A stretch of 64,000 nucleotides of DNA from Oikopleura dioica (taxonomy: Eukaryota; Animalia; Chordata), in the NCBI GenBank assembly GCA_907165135.1, contig OU015568.1, positions 7,192,001-7,256,000 of the forward strand, given 5' to 3'. Position 1 is the stretch's first letter. Every line of letters begins with the position of its first letter. This document shows, in pieces, positions 47,057 through 57,244 of the stretch. The position numbers and the translations under genes were made by a program. The notes beneath the pieces were generated by a model, which did no database searches, was not told where the DNA came from, and saw nothing but the letters and a program-made list of their open reading frames with translations.

Positions 47057-49540
47057 ATGGAAGAGAATTCTGAGAGAGCAGTTCCCTTTCGTTCAAAATG
47101 GACGCGACTTATCGCTGCTGGTTCTGCTGTTGTCGCAATAAGTACTCTCATCAGCGTTTCCATTTTCGTTCCGAACAAGGTTTGGTTTTCAAATTTTTCA
47201 ATTGGTTTTATAACCGCGTCTTTCAGACTGAAAATGATGCCCCTTCTACCGACGTCCAGGAAGCAGTGGAAACAGTTATCTCTATGGAAAAGCTTCAGCG
47301 AGGTCTAGAATCGCCCTATAGATATGATTGTGATTCGCACAAATGCTCAAACTTGGATGATTACGTATGGGCGCACAACGAAGGATACTCTTGGGAGATT
47401 TTGGAAACGAACAAATCCGCCCTTGGTGGAACTACTTATATCGTCAACATGACTAGCCAGTACTGGCTAACGGAGGCTGAAGTAAATCGGAATCTCTGGT
47501 GGCATGAACTGGTCGTGGCGATTCCAGACAAGAGTTAGAAATATTCCTCCTAAAAACAGACTAGACGGCAGGGAAAAATTGTCCGGATCCGGCCAAGAAT
47601 CTATCTACAACTATTATCAAATCTTGCATAATCTTTTACGAAAACGAAGAATCTAACTCTAAAGAAAGACGAATACGACCCAGACCTTCATGGCTCTGGA
47701 TTTCTGTACGTTCACTGGGCCTCAAACAAGAAAAACGGCGCAATCACTTCAGAGGCGTACAAAATGGCTGATCAAATGATGCACCGAGCGCGAACAACGA
47801 AGACGATCGTCGCATGCGTCCGACAAGTTCCGAACCAGCCACTGTTTTTTGAAGATGATCCACGAAGCGAAGAATTCCCCAAGGGACGAACTGAAGATGA
47901 TATAATTGCATTCGGCTGGCGGAAATTCGTTGAAGAGCCAGAACATAATCCAGAATGGCTGGTTCACATTCCGATGACCAAAGCAGCTCGATTGGCGATG
48001 GATGCTGTCGATGAAATTTATGAAGAAGTCAAGGCTGATTTCGCACACGGCGAGAGTGTTGGAAAAATTGATAAATTCTGCGTTGGTGGCGGTTCTAAGC
48101 GAGGATGGACGACTTGGTTGATTGCATCCGTCGACAAGCGAGTTAAATGTGCGACTCCGGCGGTGCTCGATTGCTTAAATATGCAGCAGCAGTTTATTAA
48201 TTGGTATAAGAATCTTGGGGCGTGGAGTTTCGCACTCGAGCCTTATTGGTCTGAGAATCTAACAGGTACTATTTCGAAGTCTATCTATAATCCATCGTTT
48301 ATTTTTTATCTGATCATCAAACTTCTTTCTTTAAGATTATATATACGATCCTGCCTTCGCAATGCTACAAGATGACATCGACCCTATCTCCTACGCTGAC
48401 CGTCTTACGATGCCGATTTTGGTCATTACTGCGACCGGAGATGAATTTTTTGCACCAGACGATTCTTACGAATACTTTGACAAGCTGGTGGTAAGTTAAT
48501 TTATTGACGATTTGATATCGTTAATATTCTCTTAGGGTGACAATAAATATCTGCGCCTTTTACCAAATACAGAACATACCACACGCCAGGGTCTTCTTCA
48601 AGTTATGTCAAGCCCGGATAGGTAAGTAACGGCTTGAGATGAATTTTACTGTATATAGCTCGGACAGGTTGAAAGAAAAGCAAATTGCTTTGTTATGTTA
48701 TGAAACATGTTAGATTTTAAATTATCCTTGTAAATTGTAATTATTTATCAAATTATAAGCAGTTGAATTACTAACAATTATTTTCAGTACACAAGCGATA
48801 AGAGCCCTTTATCTTCAAACAATGAAGAATTACAGACAGCCGAAGGTGACCTGGGAACGCTTTGTACGAGAAAATGGAAATTCCGTTGTCAAACTCACCA
48901 CGGATGTGACTCCAACTTCTGTTGTTGGATTCTACGCAGAATCAAAAAATGCTACAAGGAAAATTTCACCATAAAAAGTTCGAATATATGATAAAGAATA
49001 AAGATTTCTGAAGTCCTTAAAGACGGGATTTCCGAATGATATCTTTGGACCCTGATTTTGTGGACTGGGAACAGCAAAACGACTCTCAGGAAAAGCAAAA
49101 ACTGATTCATGAGAGCCTTCTCAAAGACGAATCGAACCCGATTTACCCGTTCATGTTCTCAGGTGCCAAATGGAAAACATCAATGGTGCGACACGCGGGT
49201 AACAACGAGTACATTCTGGAAATTCCGCGAGCTTCTGAAGGATACAGAGCTGCAATGATTCAAGGTACTAAGACATCTCCGTATTAGGAACCAGCAGATG
49301 CGGAATAGATAATATTGAGAATGGCTTCTCCTCGTTATAGGCATTGTCACGTAGATTGCGCAAGAAAATTACTAGCAGACGAATTAATTACTTCATTGCC
49401 TGCCTGTTTAAAATTCAGTCTCGTTTCCCGGCCCCGACAACAGAAGCGACTTCACTGTTACATCCGAAGTTATGATCACTCCCGACTCTCGTCCATTCAA
49501 AATGTGCACAGATCCCAATTGTCGATCATTCCTTGTTTGA
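47057..49540 (+). CDS. PhoPQ-activated pathogenicity-related (PqaA)/AprA-like alpha/beta-hydrolase with an N-terminal TM anchor, multi-exon
   Basis: NMTSQYWL, WWHELVVAIPD, QVPNQP, RTEDDIIAFGW, PMTKAA, nucleophile elbow GGSKRGWTTWL, TGDEFFAPDD, LPNTEH and C-terminal TSEVMITPDSRPFKMC...LV*. Confidence 0.85.
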
Positions 49541-49651
49541 AAAACTTGCGAAGATACTATTGATTATATCATGGTTTATTTTTTTAACTGTGAGTAATAA
49601 ATTATACGGTAGATATACAGACAACAAGTAAAATAGCCAGTGAATGAAATA

Positions 49652-49873
49652 TTATTGCAGTAGAGAGAAGTGTCGCGTGACTCGGCGTCTTTGATTGAAC
49701 CTTTGAGCATCTTCCGTGTTGAGTTTTGCGATTGAAGAGGTTTTCTTGCCAGAAATTGCCATTTTCCTGATGGAATTGACACGCATTTGATTCCTTTTTT
49801 CTGACCTTCGTTGGCGCCATGATCCAAAAGCAGTGCAGCAGCTTACCATGAGAAAGAACTTGACCAGATTCAT
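49652..49873 (-). CDS. Possible small secreted cationic peptide precursor (73 aa)
   Basis: MNLVKFFLMVSCCTAFG looks like a signal peptide, followed by an Arg/Lys-rich tail. A GTAAG after codon 9 allows a different spliced product. No family recognised. Confidence 0.25.
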   Translation of the reverse strand: MNLVKFFLMVSCCTAFGSWRQRRSEKRNQMRVNSIRKMAISGKKTSSIAKLNTEDAQRFNQRRRVTRHFSLLQ

Positions 49874-50229
49874 TTTGAAGATTGTTTGAACTCTAGACTC
49901 GGAGGCATGAATTTATAGCGCACGCGAGCCCTGCTACGCCATCAGTTCGAAGCATCCTTACTCGAAAGACTGTAACCGTAAAGGGCGAGAGCATCGACTC
50001 GTATCGAAATAAAAGATAGTAATTAAGTCTTCCTAATTAAAAAAAAATCATAATTCAAATATCATCAAATTAACGCATTACGCGATTCTCATTGCAAATT
50101 ACGAAATGATCTGAAATTACTCCCGCGAAACTTCTCGCTAAGCTTCAGGCAAGTCAGTGCTTCTCTTTTTGCAGCATAAAATCTCGATCGGATGACGCTT
50201 AAATTATCCCCTGCTTCGAAGAAAGCAAA

Positions 50230-50739
50230 ATGAAATACTCAACTTTTTTGTGTCTCCTCTCCCAAGCTGCGATAGCAAGAACAACGACTGAGCTTACTTT
50301 TGATGGTGAGCCTTCGCAGGCAATTTTAGATGAAATTTTCGCCGAGCACGATATTCTTGTTTCTGGATTTTCAGGATGGTAAGCTAACTTCGAACATATT
50401 TGAAAGATAATTTGAATGTTATCTAATCGCGCATTGACGCAGATAGATGTATTATCAATATAGTATTGTGCATCTATTATAGAAATTTATCGATTGTTAA
50501 GCTATTATGGCCGTAAAACCCGAGAAAGGATGGAAGACCTCGATTTCTCCTTTGCAATGCTTTACTTGGACGAACAAGGAAGCGCATGGCGCCCTTGGTG
50601 GAACTTCATGAACAAAAAAACAGGAAGTGGAACAATCTCAGTCATGGTTAAAGACGAGACAGCGTTTACGTCGCAAATTGCGAAGAATAAAGTAACTGAT
50701 GAAGAAATCATTGCCAAGATTTTCGATATGCTGCAATAA
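50230..50739 (+). CDS. Secreted glutaredoxin-like protein (128 aa) with a CYYG site
   Basis: Two exons (50230-50378, 50502-50739; GT-AG). Signal-like MKYSTFLCLLSQAAIA, then AEHDILVSGFSGCYYGRKTRERMEDLDFSFAMLYLDE, which aligns by eye with the glutaredoxin pattern AENPVVVFSKSYCPYCxKAKxLLxxLGVxFxVIELDE. Confidence 0.6.
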
Positions 50740-50901
50740 ATATCATTTATAAATATTTTTCCGGAGAATGAAGCGCCCTAAAAAGTGCAGGACTAACGAA
50801 GTCGTGCTTCCTGTCAGATCTTTCAAATATTTGCATGCAATAAATACTTGTCAATAAATTGGAATAGGGGACCGGGCCATCCAACACATCGTAAAACAGA
50901 G

Positions 50902-53893
50902 ATGAAGCTTCTCGCAAGTTCCTTGGCTTCGGTCGGGCTTGGATCCCTTGTTCGGGATGGACCTTGGAGTTGTGGCCAAGGTATGGAACGCCATTATGGC
51001 AATGTGTTAATAGGGGTTCTTTTAGAAAAATTTATTCCCCTTATCGCCACATTTTATTCATTTTCAATTGACGACAATTTTACTTGAAGAAGCTCTAATT
51101 GAAAAGAAATTATGCTCTATTTAATACCAATGAAAGGTGCGGCATCTTTGATGCCTCTTAAATAACGAATATAAAATAATGCTGAAGATAAATAAACAAT
51201 TGTTCTTAGAGGCCATTAACTGGCTCAACGACTGGCATGAAGCCGCGCAGCCTTTCTATTTGGATGCCATTGAAACCGAATGGCAGTATAACATCAACAT
51301 CACAAGCCAAAATGAAGAAGCTTACCAAGCCGCTGACAAGCGGTTCAAAAACTTTGTGAAGGAGTGGTCTGACAGATCAAAAACTGAGCTTCCACCATAT
51401 GACATGGATAGGACAGAGTTAGAAAAATGCCTTGTTGAGGAGAAGTTTGACACTACTCCAGGACTTCATGATCAACAACCGTGGACGATTGATCGCCAGC
51501 AGCGAGCTATCATGAGGATCCAGACTTTTAAAGTCTACCATGAAAAGGACATGGATGCATCGGCACTCGATGACAGTCGACTAGATGAGTATCAGGAATG
51601 GATATATAAATACACCTACTTTCTACAAATTTATGTAACGATTTCCATTCCGTCATCAAGGCTCTTATGGGATCGATGGTCACTCAATACTCAACCATGA
51701 AAGTTCGATCGATGGACGGACTTAGCGATCTCGAGCTTGATCCTGATCTTGACGAGATCATGGCTCACTCAGCTGCGAACCCGTCTCAGGAGTCCTATGA
51801 TGAACTTAAATATTACTGGACCATTTGGCATAGCAAAGTCGGCCAGGCTACTCGTGATGATTATGCTAAGTTCGTCGACGTTAGCAACGAGGCCGCGGAC
51901 AAAAATGGTTATCATGACACAGGCGCAAGCTGGAGAGGATGGTACGACATGGACATTGATGTTCTTGTAAAGTCTATTTGGGAAGGAGACGCTCATAATC
52001 GAGGACTGAAGGAAAGGGACATTTTTTCATTAGGGAATTGATCGAAAGATACGCATAAATGAATCTGGATAATACGATCCTTTGTTAAAAAATGATGTCC
52101 TGAAAATAGGAACTTTACGAAAAACTTCATGGTCATATTCGATATGTTCTCAGCCAGAAATACGGTTCCGAATTCGTGAAAGACGGAGAGCCCATTCCTG
52201 CACATATTCTCGGAAATATGTGGGCTCAGTCCTGGGGCAATCTCTACGATCTTGTTGAGCCCTTTCCTTACGCTGGCGCTACTCCAGATGCGACTCCGGC
52301 TCTTCAAGATTTGTCCATTCAGGTGTTTTCAAAGTATGCGTCCTATCGTAAATTCGACTATTTTTAGGAGATGTATGAAATGGCTGATGATTTTTTCACC
52401 GGTTTGGGTCTCATGCCAATGACTGATCAGTTTTGGGATAAATCTGTTCTTGAGAAGACGACCGATACTGAGATGGTTTGCCATGCATCAGCCTGGGATT
52501 TCCAAAGTGCGCCTGGAATCTCCACTGACGGAACAACTGGTGATTTCCGAATAAAGCAATGTACCAAGAAAACTCAATCAAACTTCGTCACTTTGCATCA
52601 CGAAATGGGACATATTGAGTATTTCCAACTTTACGCTCATCAACCGATCGTTTTCCGCGCCGGAGCAAATCCTGGATTCCACGAGGCTGTCGGCGATACC
52701 ATCGCTCTTTCAGTCAGTACTCCAGCTCATCTGGCGAAAGTCGACCTTCTCCCAGACTGGAAACCAGAGGACCAGACAGACGCGGCGGAAATCAACTACT
52801 TGATGATGACAGGAGAGAGTTTTATTTGAAAAAAGTCTACTTTCACATCGAGTGGAAAGTTCCATCATACTGGGAGGCACAGTCGAGTCTAGCTGACAAA
52901 AAGTTTACTAAGGAGCAGCTGGGCTGTCTACAAAAATACTCGAATTAAAAACTCTCCGAAAAAGCCCTCTCTAAAATCGCCTTCCTTCCGTTTGGTCTCA
53001 TCATGGATTTATTCCGATGGGAAGTCTTCGAAAAGTCTGCGGACAATGATATCACTCCTGATGAATACCAAGCTCTCTGGGACGAGTACCGACTAAATTA
53101 CCAAGGAGTTGTTTCTCCTGTGAAGAGAACATCTGCTGATTTCGACCCTGCCGCAAAGTTCCACACCTCCAACAATGTCCCATATGTCCGATATTTCGTC
53201 TCGTTTGTCGTTCAGTTCCAGTTCTACGAGAGGCTCTGCGTCCTAGCTGGACAACCAGGGGATAATCAATGCGACTTTGCTGGAAACAAAGCTGCTGGAG
53301 AAGCACTTGAAAAGCTCCTTTCTCCTGGTGGTGCTGAGCACTGGGAAGATGTCTTAGGATCGGGTTTTATGGCTTTGCTTCTTGATCATTCTAGTTTGAG
53401 CCTGTTTGATGAAGAATATTTATGATTCTATTATGAAATTTTGTATAATAAAAGTAGGAGGTTCTTCCCCTGACAATATCTGTGCCCTTTCATCTTCGAA
53501 TGGGTAAGTTTGAGTTCAAGCGTTTGAAGTGCGTCAGATAATAAAATCAATCAACCCACAAAAAGAGGAGTTCCTTTGCACTGGGGATCACGTGCCACAA
53601 AATTGTGATGGCTCCCTTAACGCGGAGGCCTTCCTTACTTACTTCAAGCCATTGGAAGATTGGCTTGATCAGCAGAAGGCTCTTTACGGCTACCAAGTTG
53701 GATGGAATAAGGATGGAAAATGGAAGCCCGAAGGTAAAAGTCATTCAACTGCAGATAATTCATCTTTTAAGGATACGATGATGTTCCGGAAGAATCTCCA
53801 GTTGTGACGACCACCACGACTACTACAACTTCCACGAGTAATGCAACTCTCATTGGCTTCACTTTTGCTTTCTTATCTTTGCTCCTGCTCTAA
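50902..53893 (+). CDS. ACE: Angiotensin-converting enzyme-like peptidase M2, single catalytic domain, C-terminal hydrophobic (GPI-like) tail
   Basis: IPAHILGNMWAQSW, VCHASAWDF, HHEMGHIEY (52596-52622), GANPGFHEAVGD, ALSKIAFLPFG, DFDPAAKFH, PYVRYF and YFKPLEDWL. Ends TTTTTTTTTSTSNATLIGFTFAFLSLLLL*. Confidence 0.95.
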
Positions 53894-53951
53894 TGTCTAA
53901 TGAAATAAACAAAACACTGATTTGGCTTTAATTATATTGCTTTCAATTTAT

Positions 53952-54603
53952 CTAAGCTCGGGCCCAGGTGTTGACAAGAGTAGCACCAGATTCGTTGTGC
54001 TTGACGTTCTCGACCATCTTGTCGCCGTCGACCTTAACAGTGACGGTAGCCCAGCCGGAAACAGATTCCAAGACAACGTCGCCATCCTTTCCGGTAATTT
54101 TCACTTTCATGTCGTGTCCGAGGAAGTTGTAGTCGCTCTCAACATTGAAAACGCCCTTGTTGGTAATGGACTTTGCGCCGCCGTAGGTTCGAGTAGATTC
54201 GATGTTGTCGCCTTCGACTTTGTAGCTAGAAATAAATATTTAAACAATCTTCCAAGGGGTAACTTATGTTTTATTGTTCTTCATAAGTTTACATAAATTT
54301 TACATGTTATTTGTGATAAGATTTTATCAAGCAAACAAAAATAGATACTTAGAAAAATTAAACGTTATCTCATTTTAGAAATTTTATCATCATGATAAAC
54401 TATTACTTCATGAATTAAGCCTTTATAAATTTCTTATAAAAGGATATTTAGAAAAATTAATCCTGCACAAAGTACCTGACTTCGACAGCGACGGCACACT
54501 GAGCCTTCCATTCCTCCTCAGACGCGCCGCCCCATCCGATAGCCTTGCCAAACTCAACTTCTCCTTCGGTAGAAGTCTTTTTCCAGTTTCCGTTCAAGCT
54601 CAT
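53952..54603 (-). CDS. FABP: Fatty-acid-binding protein / intracellular lipid-binding protein (133 aa)
   Basis: Two exons (54603-54476, 54225-53952; GT-AG): MSLNGNWKKTSTEGEVEFGKAIG...VKVDGDKMVENVKHNESGATLVNTWARA*. The GxW motif, size and beta-strand pattern match FABPs. Confidence 0.8.
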
Positions 54604-54911
54604 GTTAAAATCCGTCTCGTTCTTTTTATCGAAAAGAATGAAATTCAGTCAGCAGCGAACCGCGTTTATAGTGATGCCTTGCGGTAAGAGATTTGCACTA
54701 GGGGAGATTTGATTTCCTTTCAGTATATTCTGCAGTGAAAGCACACCCATTTTGGGCGTGATGGGATTTTTCCCGAACGCGAAACTAAGTGATCATCAAC
54801 TTTGAAACTGATGAGTCAATTTTCTACTTGTCGAATTGCATTAACCTTTATTATTAAACTAATAACCGTGTCAGAAAGAAATCATCAGAATAAGTTGAGA
54901 AGTAGGTTGAA

Positions 54912-56889
54912 TTAGAATTTGAATCGGACTTCGAACATGAAAGAATCGTCGTCCAGCGCCTGTCGGAAGAGCTGAGCGTGTTGCCAGAAGTTTGGAGCAG
55001 TCAAGGACGCTTTGATGCTCAAAATCGAGTCCGGAGAGGGGTCATTAAAAACGAACTGCTCAGAAGGGTTGAATTTTGTACAAGAATCGCCAGAGCAAAA
55101 CTTCTATGTAATGTTTGTTTAGCACCCATCATCAAATAAGGTACTTACCCAAAAGACTTTTCCATTTTCATAAGTCGCCGAGTGAGCTGTGACAGAAATC
55201 GAAGAAATTCGCTTCTTTGGGAGTTTGAATTTGAACTCAACCTCTGCGTCGCCCGTAGAATCCTCCAACATAGCAAGGTAGCACATCTTCCAGTCCTTTT
55301 CTTCTTTCCTGAAGATTTTCCCGTTGTGATGCGCGAAAGAAGCCCAATTGGTAAAAGTCTCTCCGTCAATTGAGTAGTTGTCTTTCGCGCAATTATAACG
55401 AACGACGAATTCGGGCGAGTCTTCCTTCACTTCAATTACCTAGAAAATCCATGTAAAATGGAATTATAAAAGCATAGTATACCGTTGCTTCGACATTTTT
55501 GAGCGTCTCACCCCTAGAGGTTCTCCACTGCAAACTACCAGTAGTTCTTCCCGAGAACTTTTGATCCGTCACCGGCTTTGGGGAAAGGAATTCGACAGCT
55601 TCTTTTATCCAATCTTCTTCCTGCATCTTTTTCTCCCAATTGACCACCTTTGCCTTTTTCTCTTCATATTCTTTGATAAACGACGTCATCCAAGACTCAA
55701 TAACAAGTTGCTTTCGAGCTTCGCGAACTTCGTCGAGTTTATTATTATACCTCCACGTGGTATCCCTAAAGAACGAATATAAATATAAAATATCTGCCGA
55801 TTCCATACCTAACTCCCTCCGCCACGGAAAAAGAAAGACATAGATGACAGTTCCTCTTCCAGCCGTATTTGTACATCAAAGGCTTGTCGATCGCGTCCTC
55901 GCAAGGATCCACGTGAGTCCATCGACCGGGAGTCCGGACTTCTACCCACACGTGGTCTTCCAGAACGTTGTAGGTCTCTCGAACATGAAAGGCAAAGCTC
56001 CGAAGAATTGCACCAAAACAATTTGCCCACTCGCCACAGCGTCCTTTTTACCAGTTACAGAATAGTTCTTATTAGAGAATTCTGAAAGTCAATGTTTTGT
56101 AACTTTCCTTCTCTCGTTTCCAGTAGTTTCTCCGGGTTATTATATCTAACGATATTCCCATCCGTCCACTTGAAAAACTCATTTTTGAACCAATCCGTCA
56201 GAGTAACCAGCAGCGAGTGCTTCAGGAGTTCCCCCCGTTCGAAACCTTCCGTGTCTGCATTTTGCTCGAGCAGTTCCGAAGCTCTTTTGAACAAATCAGT
56301 GACGGGGATGGTCTCGCGAACTTTCTTCTGAGTTTCTGGATCTTCCCACTGTCGCACGTGACTCATGGCGCTGCTGCGAAGACGGAGAATCCGCTCTTGG
56401 ACGTCGAGAAAGGATCCATTGAACTTATGAAGATTTCTATTTCGATTTTGAGAAGTTGGCGAAGGTTGAACAGGAGTAGGCGTTGGCGGTGTGGGGGATT
56501 CCGCTGTACCTAGTAAAACGCTGATTTTTTGTTGATCGCTTGAACTTACCTTGAAGAGGAGCGCTGGATGGGCCAGATTGGTTAGTTTTCAGCAGAAACA
56601 CGGCATGAACAAACATCGTTTTCGTGTCCGAATTCAGCTCGTCAACTTGCAGCCAAGCTCCATCTTCCGACTCGGTGAAGCCCAACGAGTACAAGAAATC
56701 ACACGCTCCATCAACAGGTAAAAGAGTTTCTGTAAAGACCTTCCCAGCTACCTTTAACTTTCTATATTTCGCCTCCGAAGGATGAGTGAGGATGTTCTTC
56801 AAGATCTTTTCCAGCGTGTCGATTGCCTTTTTATTGTCAGGTGCAGCTTTGATCGCGGCAATAGCGATTTTAACCTCGTTAATGCCCAT
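54912..56889 (-). CDS. NGLY1: Cytosolic peptide:N-glycanase (PUB + transglutaminase-like core + PAW domain)
   Basis: PUB domain (LEKILKNILTHPSEAKYRKLK...LYSLGF), [77 protein letters not shown] and WQHAQLFRQ. Confidence 0.95.
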
Positions 56890-57244
56890 TTATTAATATC
56901 AAGCTTAAAAATTAATTTGAAGTGGATTTATTTATCTGTATAATATATGCATTCGTTACAGAATATTATCGGCACGGTAACTTGAACTTGAAGACATTAA
57001 AATTGAAAGCTGAATTTGAATCAAAAATCGATATACAGTAGACGGGATAAAGGTTGATGAAGCTTAGCTTTGAGATACACCACCGATCATTTAAACACAA
57101 GAAAGCATTGAGCACACTGAAAATGCTCCGAGAAAAATGAAAACAAACAAAAATCGGAAAACATAGGAACTGGAAGAAATGCGAAGAAATAGAGTAATTG
57201 AGCTTCTTTTTTAGTTTCGGCAAAAGCAAATTATAAGCGTCGGG

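Noticed and set aside
47057-49540. Bacterial contamination or a very recent HGT of pqaA
   Set aside because: The gene has multiple spliceosomal introns and host-like composition, and is contiguous with host genes.
50377-50502. Selenocysteine at the glutaredoxin-like active site
   Set aside because: The split codon is TG|C (Cys), not TGA, and no SECIS was recognised.
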